A program made the translations under genes and the position numbers. Positions 1-8,702 of a DNA stretch of 32,000 bases are shown here, one piece after another. The notes beneath the pieces were generated by a model. That model was not told the origin of the DNA. It did not search any database and worked only from the letters and a program-made list of their open reading frames with translations. Numbering within the stretch: position 1 is the first letter of the stretch; every line of letters begins with the position of its first letter. Source of the stretch: Halomicrobium mukohataei DSM 12286 (GTDB lineage Archaea > Halobacteriota > Halobacteria > Halobacteriales > Haloarculaceae); the NCBI RefSeq assembly GCF_000023965.1, contig NC_013202.1, positions 750,001 to 782,000 on the forward strand. Reading direction: 5' to 3'.

Positions 1-830
1 TCGAAGCGGCCCTCGGCGGGTCCGTAGAGACGAGCGAGCGGCTGGACGGCGGGATGGTCGGAGACGTGTTTCGCGTCGAACTCGCCGACGGCCGTGTCGC
101 GGTCGCGAAGACCGGCGAGCACGACCTCTCGATCGAAGGTCGGATGCTGTCGTACCTCGCTACGGAGTCCGACCTGCCGGTGCCCGAGGTGTATCACGCC
201 GACGCCGAGGTGCTCTGTATCGAGTACGTGGCGGGCACGTCGACGATCACGCCGGCCGTCGAGCGCGACGCGGCGAGGCAGTTGGCCGATCTGCACCGCG
301 TCGAGGGGCGGGCCTTTGGCTTCCCGTTCGACACGCTCACCGGCCCAGTCGCGCAGCCCAACCCCTGGACCGAGCGCTGGGTGTCGTTCTATCGGGACCA
401 GCGGGTACGGTCGATCTGTGACCGGGCCAGTCGGGCGGGAGCGCTGTCGGACGAGCTGGCGACCCGCGTCGAGCGGGCGTGTGCCGACTTCGAGTCGCTG
501 CTGAGCGAGCCCGAGTCCCCCGCGCTGTTGCACGGCGACGCGTGGCGGACGAACCTCCTGACCGACGGCCGGCGAGTGACGGCGTTTCTCGACCCCGCCT
601 GTTACTACGGCCACCCGGAGGTCGAGCTGGCCTACGTCGACTGGACGGAGACGTTCGGCGACGCCTTCTTCGATCGCTACCAGCGCGAGCGCGGCGTCGA
701 TCTCGGTGCAGCGTTCTGGGATCGGCGGCGCTACGTCTACAGGCTCTCCCCGCTGCTCGTCCACGTCCACCTGTTCGGCGACCAGTACCGCGAGGAGCTG
801 GCCGAGACGCTGGCCCGACTGGGCTACTGA
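1..830 (+). CDS. fructosamine kinase family protein (aminoglycoside-phosphotransferase-like fold), 5'-partial
   Basis: The frame of the listed ORF 54..830 stays open back to the window edge (..EAALGGSVETSERLDGG precedes Met54), so the gene probably starts upstream of the window. It has a nucleotide-binding-like GGMVGDVFRV..AVAK segment and the catalytic-loop motif LLHGDAWRTNLL followed by FLDPACYYGHPEVELAY. These are typical of fructosamine-3-kinase-like kinases. Confidence 0.8.
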   Translation, partial: EAALGGSVETSERLDGGMVGDVFRVELADGRVAVAKTGEHDLSIEGRMLSYLATESDLPVPEVYHADAEVLCIEYVAGTSTITPAVERDAARQLADLHRVEGRAFGFPFDTLTGPVAQPNPWTERWVSFYRDQRVRSICDRASRAGALSDELATRVERACADFESLLSEPESPALLHGDAWRTNLLTDGRRVTAFLDPACYYGHPEVELAYVDWTETFGDAFFDRYQRERGVDLGAAFWDRRRYVYRLSPLLVHVHLFGDQYREELAETLARLGY

Positions 831-909
831 ACGATCGACGAGAGCGTCGACAGAGTGGCCCAACCGCCGACGGGAACGCTCAAGACGGTGCCGGGAGAAG
901 GGCTCGACG

Positions 910-1146
910 ATGAGCGAGCGACGGACCGTCTCGGCCGGCGAGCTGGCGGTCGAGGAGCTGCTCGACCGGCTGGAATCCGGTGAGCGCGTCGTCGTCCGCA
1001 CGGAGTTTCTGGGCTCGGAACACCAGGTGACGCTGCGCTACGACGGCTCGACGTTCTACTGTGACACGCCCACGCGGCTCCACCGCCACGAGAGCCGCGA
1101 GGCGATGCGGACCTGTCTGGAGAATCAGGGCTACGCGAGCCAGTGA
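910..1146 (+). CDS. small acidic hypothetical protein (78 aa)
   Basis: An internal ATG at 910 (MSERRTVSAGELAVEELLDRLESGERVVV...) lies within ORF 706..1146. The part upstream of 910 overlaps the end of the previous gene and is Arg-rich. Codon third positions are almost all G/C, and the composition is acidic. No family was recognised. Confidence 0.55.
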   Translation: MSERRTVSAGELAVEELLDRLESGERVVVRTEFLGSEHQVTLRYDGSTFYCDTPTRLHRHESREAMRTCLENQGYASQ

Positions 1147-1194
1147 GCTGTAGGTAACGCGGCAATTTATCCGCGATGGCCGGCAACGTCGGGT

Positions 1195-1566
1195 ATGGCC
1201 GCCGACCCCTCGCCCAACCGGTTCAGAGAACTGCTGCTCGACGACGAACCGTCGCTCGACGAGGTAATGGCCTGTGTCTTCGGCATCCAGGCCCACGAGG
1301 TCCGGACCTACGAGACGCTGCTCGACTACCCCGAGAGCACCGTCGAGGAGCTGGCCGACCAGCTCGACCGGGACCGGTCGAACGTGAACCGTTCGCTGTC
1401 GACGCTGCGCGAAAAGGGGCTGGCCTCGCGTCGCCGCCGCCTGCTCGACAGCGGCGGCCACGTCTACCAGTACACGCCCACACCTCGCGATGAGGCCGCC
1501 GAGTTGATGCACGAGACCCTGGAGGAGTGGGCAGAGTACGTCCACGGTCGGATCGACGAGTTCTAG
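1195..1566 (+). CDS. winged helix-turn-helix transcriptional regulator (TrmB/MarR-like)
   Basis: The 123-aa product contains EVRTYETLLDYPESTVEELADQLDRDRSNVNRSLSTLREKGLASRRRR, a classic HTH plus wing pattern of archaeal TrmB/MarR-type regulators. Confidence 0.7.
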   Translation: MAADPSPNRFRELLLDDEPSLDEVMACVFGIQAHEVRTYETLLDYPESTVEELADQLDRDRSNVNRSLSTLREKGLASRRRRLLDSGGHVYQYTPTPRDEAAELMHETLEEWAEYVHGRIDEF

Positions 1567-1577
1567 CGAGGGGCGTC

Positions 1578-1683
1578 GCGAGCGAAGCGAGCGACGGCCC
1601 TCAATGATGCGAGCGGGAGCGCAAGCGACACGCGAGCTGCTGGGCGAGCGAAGCGAGCGACGGCCCTCGATGATGCGAACGGG
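1578..1683. repeat. 40-bp direct repeat x2 (period 66 bp) in the regulator-thrC intergenic region
   Basis: Copy 1 (1578-1617) is gcgagcgaagcgagcgacggccctcAatgatgcgaGcggg. Copy 2 (1644-1683) is gcgagcgaagcgagcgacggccctcGatgatgcgaAcggg. They differ at 2 positions. The core GCGAGCGAAGCGAGCGA recurs in variant form near 17465-17535. Confidence 0.9.
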
Positions 1684-1742
1684 GGAGAGCGGCGAACCGA
1701 CAACCGCCCCACTTTTGCCGATAGGGGACTTCGCCCCCGACA

Positions 1743-3122
1743 ATGGCCGATCTACAGTTGACCGACGAGACGCCGGGGATCGCCGACGACGGCGTCTGGC
1801 TGACGTGCATCGAGTGTGGGGAGACGTTCGCGCCGTTCGCAGCGGTCAGGTACACCTGCGACGAGTGTGACGGACTGCTGGAAGTTCGCTACGAGGACCT
1901 GCCGACGTTCGACGACTTCGACGGCGAAGGCGTCTGGCGCTACAGCGACGCACTGCCCTTCGAGGAGGGCGTGACGCTGCCGGAGGGACACACGCCGCTG
2001 CACCGGGTGCCACGCCTGGAAGCGGAAGTCGATGTCGACGCCCTGCGGATCAAACACGAGGGAATGAATCCCACGGGATCGTTCAAGGACCGCGGGATGA
2101 CCGTCGGCGTCCGCGTGGCCCAGGCCGTCGGCGTCGACCGACTCGCCTGTGCCTCGACGGGCAACACCTCCGCGGCGCTCGCGGCCTACGGCGCTCGCGC
2201 GGACCTGGAGACGCTCGTTCTCCTGCCGGCCGGCAAGGTCGCCGCCGGGAAGGTCGCACAGGCCTCGCTCCACGGCGCACGGATCCTCGAAGTCGACGGC
2301 AACTTCGACAGCTGTCTGGACATCGTTCAGGAGCTCGCGGGCCGGGGCGAGGCGTACCTCCTGAACTCGCTGAACCCCTTCCGGCTGGAGGGCCAGAAGA
2401 CCATCGGCCTGGAGATCATGGAGCAGTTCGCCGCCGACTACGACGACTACCCCGACCGGATCGTGCTGCCGGTGGGCAACGCCGGCAACACCGCAGCGCT
2501 GTACAAGTGCTTCCGCGAACTCGTCGCGGCCGGCGCGATCGACGAGTCGGACGTGCCGAAGATCACCGGCGTCCAGGCCGAAGGGTCCGCGCCGATGGTC
2601 GAGGCTATCGAGGAGGGCAACGACGAAGTCCGGCGCTGGGACGAGGTCGAGACCATCGCGACCGCCATCCGCATCGGCAATCCCGTCAACGCGCCCAAGG
2701 CGCTGCCGGGCATCCGCGAGACCGGCGGCACCGCGGTCGCGGTCAGCGACGAGGAGATCACCGACGCCCAGCGCTCGCTGGCCGGCGAGGGCGTCGGCGT
2801 CGAGCCGGCCTCCGCGGCCAGCGTCGCCGGCCTCCGGAAGCTCCGAGCCCAGGGCGAGATCGGCAGCGACGAGCGGGTCGTCTGCCTGACGACCGGCCAC
2901 CTGCTGAAAGACCCCGATGCCGCCGCCGAGGCAGGGGCCGATCCAGAGCCGGTGCCCAACGACACCGACGCCATCCTAGAGCACATCGACGAGGGGTCGT
3001 CAGTCGTCGACGCGGTCGGTCGAGCGGCGTCGAAGGCCGTCTCGGGCTCGAAAGTACCGCTGCTGGTCGGGGCCGGTCTCGGCGTCGCGTACCTCTATCG
3101 AAGGCTTCGTTCAAGTAAGTAA
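1743..3122 (+). CDS. thrC: threonine synthase
   Basis: It has an N-terminal C-x2-C...C-x2-C zinc ribbon (CIECGE...CDECDG), the PLP-lysine motif NPTGSFKDRGM, and the GNAGN phosphate-binding loop. Length and order match archaeal ThrC, apart from a C-terminal ~43-aa extension with a hydrophobic stretch. Confidence 0.92.
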   Translation: MADLQLTDETPGIADDGVWLTCIECGETFAPFAAVRYTCDECDGLLEVRYEDLPTFDDFDGEGVWRYSDALPFEEGVTLPEGHTPLHRVPRLEAEVDVDALRIKHEGMNPTGSFKDRGMTVGVRVAQAVGVDRLACASTGNTSAALAAYGARADLETLVLLPAGKVAAGKVAQASLHGARILEVDGNFDSCLDIVQELAGRGEAYLLNSLNPFRLEGQKTIGLEIMEQFAADYDDYPDRIVLPVGNAGNTAALYKCFRELVAAGAIDESDVPKITGVQAEGSAPMVEAIEEGNDEVRRWDEVETIATAIRIGNPVNAPKALPGIRETGGTAVAVSDEEITDAQRSLAGEGVGVEPASAASVAGLRKLRAQGEIGSDERVVCLTTGHLLKDPDAAAEAGADPEPVPNDTDAILEHIDEGSSVVDAVGRAASKAVSGSKVPLLVGAGLGVAYLYRRLRSSK

Positions 3123-3323
3123 TCGAGTTCGACGCCGCCACCAGGGGACTGCAGCGTGCGGCACTGCCGGGTACGGGCGCCTCCCTGCGGGGCGGAGCAT
3201 CCGGCCGGTTTGTCGGGACGCCCCCTCAGGGTACTAAGCAGAAGGTGGGAGCCGACCGACGAAAACAGTATCGCGGCTGCGCAAATTGATCGAGAGCGCG
3301 TCACGTCGAACTCCCCGACGGAG

Positions 3324-6300
3324 TCACTCCCACAGCAGGATACACGGCAGTTCGTCTGGGTCACAGAGTCGTAGGTAGGCGTATCCGATCCCGGAGACGC
3401 CTTGGAAGAAGGTCGGGTCAACAATTTCGGCAGTTTCCGACAGCGTCCGATAGTGGCCGTTGGCACGCCGACTGCCGAGGACGTCACCGAGGGTGCGGCG
3501 AGCAGCGCCCTCGTGGCGCTGGCGTCGACGCTGGAGCGCCAGGAGAAACGCCGCTCGGCCAGCAGAGCCACAGCAGAGGTGGTCGACAGTCGTGGTCTGA
3601 ACGTCGGAGAGCCCCGACGTCGCACGTTCGATGTCGCGCTCTATCGACGGATCTGTGAGGTAGTCTGCCATGCCCAGCCGTGCGAGCCCGATCCCGCTTC
3701 GGCCGTAACACCACTGGTCGGGGTGCCTGTCGGTCCACGGCCGATAGTCGATCCAGTTGTCTGCCTCAGGGACGTACGCGTCGCGTTCGTACGCCAGTGC
3801 CTCAGTCGCCGCATCGAGATATGATTGATTGCCCGTCGCGTCCCACAACCGAACCAACGCGTACGCGATGCCGCTAACACCGTGTGCCATCCCCGTCAGA
3901 GGTGGACAGTCCGGCACCGTTTTCCAGACGCCGACGCCGTCCAGGGTCTGTCTCGCGTCCAGTAACCTGTCACCACACGCCTCGGCCAGCGACAGCAGTT
4001 CCGGCGACTCGATCCGGTTGTACGCCCCGAGAAGCCCCAGTATAGTGCCTGCAGACCCACCGACAGCGTCGTAGGTTTCGTCTTCGGCGATCCGCGCTTC
4101 GGGAAACCGGTTGGCGACTCGCGTTGCATCCTCGAGCATCTCTCGGTCGTCGATCATGGTTCCGATAACACTCAGCCCGTACGCCACCGACCCGACACCG
4201 AGGGCCCCCCCGAGGTTTTCGAACGCCGGGACCTCCCGCTGGGTGCGCACCGCATCGCGAATCGGACCGACGGCCGAACGAGCGAACTCCGCGTATCGAC
4301 TGTCGCCGTCCACGGCAAACAGTGCCGCTCCCAGTAGACCGATACCGACACCACCGACGTACAGCGAACCACCGGCCGGCTGGATGGTCAAGCGGTCGGT
4401 CTCGTGATAGGGTGCGATGCTCGCCCACTGGTAGTGTCCGTCCGCAGTCTCACGAGCACTAGACCGGACGGTTCGGAGCAACCGCTTGCTCTCGCGGAGG
4501 AACGCATCGTCGTTACTGGGTCGTTGCGGCGACGTTCCCGATACGTCCGCGTGTACCTCTCCCTGGGGCGGTTCCCCGTAACATCCCCGGATGATCTCGA
4601 GTTGTTTCCGGAGTTCGGACCGGTCGGCCCGTTCGATTCGCTCTCTGGCGCGCTCGAAACCGGTTTGGCTCGCCGTGATGCCGAGACCCGTACCGCCCCA
4701 CTCTATTTCGTGTTCGTCCGTCCGCGAGGTGAACCGAGGCGGATCGAGGCGTCTGAGCGCCGTCCGCTCCGCCTCGTACAGTGCCCACGGCTTTCGGTCG
4801 GTGATGCTCCCGTCGAAAAACGGCGTCGACAACTGCTCTAGCTCGACGCCGAAACGGACGCCGTCGCCCAGGCAGTCCCTGGAAGTGAGATCGCGTAACA
4901 CCTTCGCGTACTCCATCGTCGGCCGGTACACCAGCCGGTTCCTGAGGCCCTCGAATCGATCGAAAACGGCGATCGACTCCTCCAACGCGCCCGAGTCTCT
5001 GAGGTCGAGGACAGTTTCGTACGCCTCCCGAAAACCATCGACGAGCACCTCGATGTACGCGTCTGGTGGGTGATCGTCTCCGTCAACCACGGGAATCGTC
5101 TCGTCCCGATCCAGTGTCGCGGGCTCGTCCTCGACAGACATGACGTCTGTGTTTTCGGCGACGATCTGTGGGACCTGAATACCGTCGAGCGTTACTTCGC
5201 CCGACCGTTCGCCGAAACCGGCGATACGTTCCCGCATTCGTGACTGTTTGGCATCGGTGTCATGTGCTGATGTGACGTCGTACGGCAGCAAAGAAGTCAA
5301 GAGCGTGCTATCGTCCGTGAGGGTCCCGATATCGCCGCTCCCAGGTCGCCGCTCCGCGTCGAAGTAAGGATGGAAGACGGTCTCGGAGTCGACCAGCAGT
5401 GGCTGGTCGCCAGCCGCTTTCACGTTCTCGAAGTGGCAGTCGGAAAACTCGAAGAGATGCGCCAGACAGAGCCACACACCAGCTCGACGGTAGTACCGCT
5501 CGACCTCACTGTCGTCCTGGCACGGCTCGTGGTCGATCCATTCCATCCACCCGTAGGCATCGCGGTCGAGATACGTCGGAGTGTCGAACGACGGACAGGA
5601 CAGGTGCTCATCGATCGCCTCGAGCGTGTCGTACAGCGCTTCGCCGGCAGCCACGCTCCGGGGCTTGTACACCACACTGAGCCCCGCGTCGAACGTAACA
5701 CGCATGACAGCACGTCCGTCGCCATGCGTGTCGTCGGCGAGCGGTTTGACGCTCACGACCGGGCCGAGATCGTCTCCGCTTCCGAATCGGTCACACAGCA
5801 GGTCCCGGTCCGAACGGAGCCGTTCACAGAACACGTCGAGGTGACGCTGCCACTGCCGAATCTGTGTCACGAGGAGCCGAGCGAACACCGGATACTCCTG
5901 ACAGAGGTCGACGAACCCACCGTCGAACAGGTACGCGACGAATCGGTCGTAGTATTCGCTCGGCGGTTCGTCGAAATCGTTCGGGTCCGCGAATGCGAGT
6001 TCACGGTCGTGTGCTGCCACGAACGACTTGAACTCCACGAACAGAATTCGGGAAAAACGGTTCTGGAACCGAGTTCTGAACCACTCACCCATCTCGGCGA
6101 TAGCTTGGTCGGTGAGCGCCTCCTCAACCTCAGCTGGGACGCGATCGCACACGTAATCAGCCAGTGCCGCGGTCAGTTCTCCGAGCAACCGTCGTTCGTC
6201 CGTGTCGACGTCGAAGCGCGTGTCTGCACGTTCGGGCGAGCGGTCCTGTATCGCTGCGACCGCCGCTTCCAGGCGGTCGACCCACGCCGGGACTGACGCG

Positions 6301-6548
6301 CCTTCGTTCAGCGTTTCGACCTCGATGGCTCGCCGCCACTCGGACTCGGAAACGTCCGACCACTCGATTCGATCCTCGAAGCTCCCGTCGCTGGGAAACT
6401 GCGACCGCCATTCGTCCCACAGTGCCTCGATTCGTTCGTCGTGTTCGACGTCTTGGTCGTACTCGTCGAGCGTCTGTACTCGTTCGTGCAGTGTGCGGGC
6501 CTGTCCGACGATCGATCGTTTTTCAGCGTCAGTGAAGACAGCAGTCAT
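3324..6548 (-). CDS. lanM: class II lanthipeptide synthetase (LanM; N-terminal dehydratase domain plus C-terminal LanC-like cyclase)
   Basis: The 1074-aa product has N-terminal LanM dehydratase-type motifs: DTHGDGRAVMRVTFDAGLSVVYKPRSV, YYRRAGVWLCLAHLFEFSDCHFENVKAAGDQPLLVDSETVF. The C-terminal region has LanC-like repeats GMAHGVSGIAYAL, DQWCYGRSGIGLARL, DHLCCGSAGRAAFL and FQGVSGIGYAYL. Confidence 0.9.
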   Translation of the reverse strand: MTAVFTDAEKRSIVGQARTLHERVQTLDEYDQDVEHDERIEALWDEWRSQFPSDGSFEDRIEWSDVSESEWRRAIEVETLNEGASVPAWVDRLEAAVAAIQDRSPERADTRFDVDTDERRLLGELTAALADYVCDRVPAEVEEALTDQAIAEMGEWFRTRFQNRFSRILFVEFKSFVAAHDRELAFADPNDFDEPPSEYYDRFVAYLFDGGFVDLCQEYPVFARLLVTQIRQWQRHLDVFCERLRSDRDLLCDRFGSGDDLGPVVSVKPLADDTHGDGRAVMRVTFDAGLSVVYKPRSVAAGEALYDTLEAIDEHLSCPSFDTPTYLDRDAYGWMEWIDHEPCQDDSEVERYYRRAGVWLCLAHLFEFSDCHFENVKAAGDQPLLVDSETVFHPYFDAERRPGSGDIGTLTDDSTLLTSLLPYDVTSAHDTDAKQSRMRERIAGFGERSGEVTLDGIQVPQIVAENTDVMSVEDEPATLDRDETIPVVDGDDHPPDAYIEVLVDGFREAYETVLDLRDSGALEESIAVFDRFEGLRNRLVYRPTMEYAKVLRDLTSRDCLGDGVRFGVELEQLSTPFFDGSITDRKPWALYEAERTALRRLDPPRFTSRTDEHEIEWGGTGLGITASQTGFERARERIERADRSELRKQLEIIRGCYGEPPQGEVHADVSGTSPQRPSNDDAFLRESKRLLRTVRSSARETADGHYQWASIAPYHETDRLTIQPAGGSLYVGGVGIGLLGAALFAVDGDSRYAEFARSAVGPIRDAVRTQREVPAFENLGGALGVGSVAYGLSVIGTMIDDREMLEDATRVANRFPEARIAEDETYDAVGGSAGTILGLLGAYNRIESPELLSLAEACGDRLLDARQTLDGVGVWKTVPDCPPLTGMAHGVSGIAYALVRLWDATGNQSYLDAATEALAYERDAYVPEADNWIDYRPWTDRHPDQWCYGRSGIGLARLGMADYLTDPSIERDIERATSGLSDVQTTTVDHLCCGSAGRAAFLLALQRRRQRHEGAARRTLGDVLGSRRANGHYRTLSETAEIVDPTFFQGVSGIGYAYLRLCDPDELPCILLWE

Positions 6549-6630
6549 GCTTCGCCGGGTGCGGTGTTATATGCGGGACGTTCAGCTCCCGTTCGTCGGT
6601 CCGACCTCGTCCGAATTTGGCCTCGTACGA

Positions 6631-6694
6631 TCATAGTAATAATATTATAGTCTTATTTATAATATTTTCTATTAAATTTATAATATTAATATAT
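6631..6694 (-). promoter_or_regulatory. extremely AT-rich block upstream of lanM (candidate TATA/BRE promoter region)
   Basis: The 64 nt contain only about 5 G/C (tcatagtaataatattatagtcttatttataatattttctattaaatttataatattaatatat) in an otherwise GC-rich genome. The block lies 83-146 nt upstream of the lanM ATG and downstream of the hydrolase stop. The exact TATA box is not assignable by eye. Confidence 0.45.
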
Positions 6695-6785
6695 GGGGAA
6701 CGACATCGCCGCCTCCATCACCGTTCGACGGGCGACGACTGCCGTAGTGGCCCGTCGCTGGGACGTGATCCACAGTGTCGATCGG

Positions 6786-8702
6786 TCAGACCACAACGCC
6801 GACCAGGTTCCAGTAGTCACAGAGCCATAGGAGCACAGTCGATGACGCGACGACCCCCGAGTAGCGCAGTCTGTCCGCGAGCGACCATCGTGACTCCCGC
6901 CACGCATGGGCCGCGTATGCGACTGCGACGACCGTCCCGATCGCACCGATCAACGGGATCGAGAGCGGGACCTGTATCCCGGGAGGTGCTCGATCGCCGA
7001 CGGATATCCCGGTCACGGCACTGGCGGCGACGAGCGTGGAGACGAGCGTGAGCACGAATGCGAACGGCCAGCCAGCGGAGACGGCTTCCGCCCACCTTGG
7101 ACGGGAAGACCACGTCCGGTCCGGATCGGTCTCGAACACGCCGCGCACAGACTGAGCGGACAGTCGGAGGATGCTCAGGAGACTGACGAGCATGGCGACA
7201 GCAGCCGTCGCAATCTGAACGTCGTACTGCTCGATCCACGAGACCCGTTCGTACGGTACGACCATCCGACTCTCCAAGATGATGTACTCGGTGCCGTCCT
7301 CGGTGCTCTCAAGGAGCAGCGTGTCGCCGCCGTCGGAGCGCTGGTACAGATCGGGCTCGATCTGTATCCACTCGTGCTCTGTGCTGCCTATTGTCGTGAT
7401 CATCTTTCCGTCGGTTCCGATCGTCACGTCAAGCGACTGGGTCGTGGCCGTCCACAACACTTTGTCGTAGGTCGTCGAGTCGGTCACGTACACCGGCCGG
7501 AACTGTCCCGCAGGTGCCTGCTGTTCCCCCGACTGCGGACGCTCGCCCGGAGGTTCGGTATCGGTATCGCTGCCGACGAAGCGGTCGAGAAACGCGTCCT
7601 CGACGGCATTAACGGCCGCTGGCGATTCCCGACCGTGAGCGGAGACGAAGAGTCCGACCCCGAGCGCTGGCGCGAACACGATCTTGCTCGAGAACCGCGG
7701 GGTCGACCCGCCATGTTCGAGGAGACGAGTGTCGCCGCGGCTGCTTTCCGCAAACCCAAACGCCATACCGCGGATTCGCTCGTGGGGACTGAACCACTCC
7801 TGATGCATGTCGTCGTAGGCTCCCGACGACATGATCGGTTCGCTCGCGTCCCCGTGGTGCAGGTGGGCGTGCAGGAACCGTCCCATATCCGCCGCAGTCG
7901 AGCACATCCCTGACGCAGGCGGGACATCAGAGTACCAGCTGAGGTCGTCAGCGCTCCCGGGTTCGCCCGGAACGAGGGCGGCCGGCGCCGTCTCGAACGT
8001 GCTCTCGGTCATACCGAGCGGTTCGAAGACCTGTCTGTCGACGTACTCGGGGAACGAGTCTCCCGTTACGTCGGATACGAGTTGCCCGGCCACAGCCGCA
8101 GCCCAGTTCGTGTACACCATCATCTCGCCCGGTGGCCGGACCTGAGCTGGTGTCGGGTGGCGGACCGACTCGGCCAACGGACGCACGTCGGTAGGGTCAC
8201 CGACCTTGTCACCCCTGACTCGAGCCTCGAAGCCTGGCGTGTGGGTCGGGAGGTGCCACAGCTTCACCTGCCCGTGGTGCTGTGGAACTGTGACGGACGT
8301 GAGGTGATCAGCGACGGCGTCGTCGACCGCGATACGTCCACGGTCGACCAGTTGCATCAGCGCCGTCCAGGTGATCGCCTTCGAGATCGAGCCGATTTCG
8401 ACAAGCGTCTGTGACGGATCCATCGGTGTGTCGGGCGACCGGTACGCCTGGCCATAGCCGCGGGCGATCGTCTCGCCCGCCCCCGTGACCAGCGACACGG
8501 CGGCGCCGTCGATGTCGAGTTCGGATAGCAGTCGCTCGACGGTGTCGTCTACGAACGCCGCACCGTTTTGCGTCGTCTCCGCTCGACGTCTGCGTTGCGT
8601 CGTCGCGGTACCACTCGCTCCGACGACGTCGCCAGCAGCGCTCGCCGCGCACGCGGCCCCGATCGATCCGAGGAGCCCCCGTCTGGTCGTTCTCGTGTTC
8701 AT
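6786..8702 (-). CDS. Tat-exported beta-lactamase-fold serine hydrolase with C-terminal multi-TM anchor
   Basis: It has an N-terminal twin-arginine signal (MNTRTTRRGLLGSIGAACAASAAG). The S-x-x-K active site is GSISKAIT, the Y-x-N motif is VYTNW, and an H-G-G motif is EHGGS. The last ~140 aa contain about 4 hydrophobic helices (IATAAVAMLVSLLSIL, WPFAFVLTLVSTLVAASAV, IPLIGAIGTVVAVAYAA, GVVASSTVLLWL). Confidence 0.8.
   Translation of the reverse strand: MNTRTTRRGLLGSIGAACAASAAGDVVGASGTATTQRRRRAETTQNGAAFVDDTVERLLSELDIDGAAVSLVTGAGETIARGYGQAYRSPDTPMDPSQTLVEIGSISKAITWTALMQLVDRGRIAVDDAVADHLTSVTVPQHHGQVKLWHLPTHTPGFEARVRGDKVGDPTDVRPLAESVRHPTPAQVRPPGEMMVYTNWAAAVAGQLVSDVTGDSFPEYVDRQVFEPLGMTESTFETAPAALVPGEPGSADDLSWYSDVPPASGMCSTAADMGRFLHAHLHHGDASEPIMSSGAYDDMHQEWFSPHERIRGMAFGFAESSRGDTRLLEHGGSTPRFSSKIVFAPALGVGLFVSAHGRESPAAVNAVEDAFLDRFVGSDTDTEPPGERPQSGEQQAPAGQFRPVYVTDSTTYDKVLWTATTQSLDVTIGTDGKMITTIGSTEHEWIQIEPDLYQRSDGGDTLLLESTEDGTEYIILESRMVVPYERVSWIEQYDVQIATAAVAMLVSLLSILRLSAQSVRGVFETDPDRTWSSRPRWAEAVSAGWPFAFVLTLVSTLVAASAVTGISVGDRAPPGIQVPLSIPLIGAIGTVVAVAYAAHAWRESRWSLADRLRYSGVVASSTVLLWLCDYWNLVGVVV

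Noticed and set aside
1578-1683. Whether the direct repeats at 1578-1683 or 25514-25595 could be a CRISPR array.
   Set aside because: There are only two copies each, the spacers are of unequal character, and no further repeats or cas genes are present. They are treated as simple intergenic repeats.
6545-6634. 29-codon upstream ORF (MIVRGQIRTRSDRRTGAERPAYNTAPGEA) whose stop overlaps the lanM ATG. It was considered as a possible precursor peptide.
   Set aside because: It has no Cys, its composition is basic, and it starts inside the AT-rich promoter block. It is more likely part of the lanM 5' leader than a LanA.
6693-6830. 45-aa plus-strand ORF MGNDIAASITVRRATTAVVARRWDVIHSVDRSDHNADQVPVVTEP next to the AT-rich block.
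   Set aside because: It has no Cys, and its 3' part runs antisense into the 3' end of the hydrolase gene. It would be transcribed away from lanM. There is no supporting signal.
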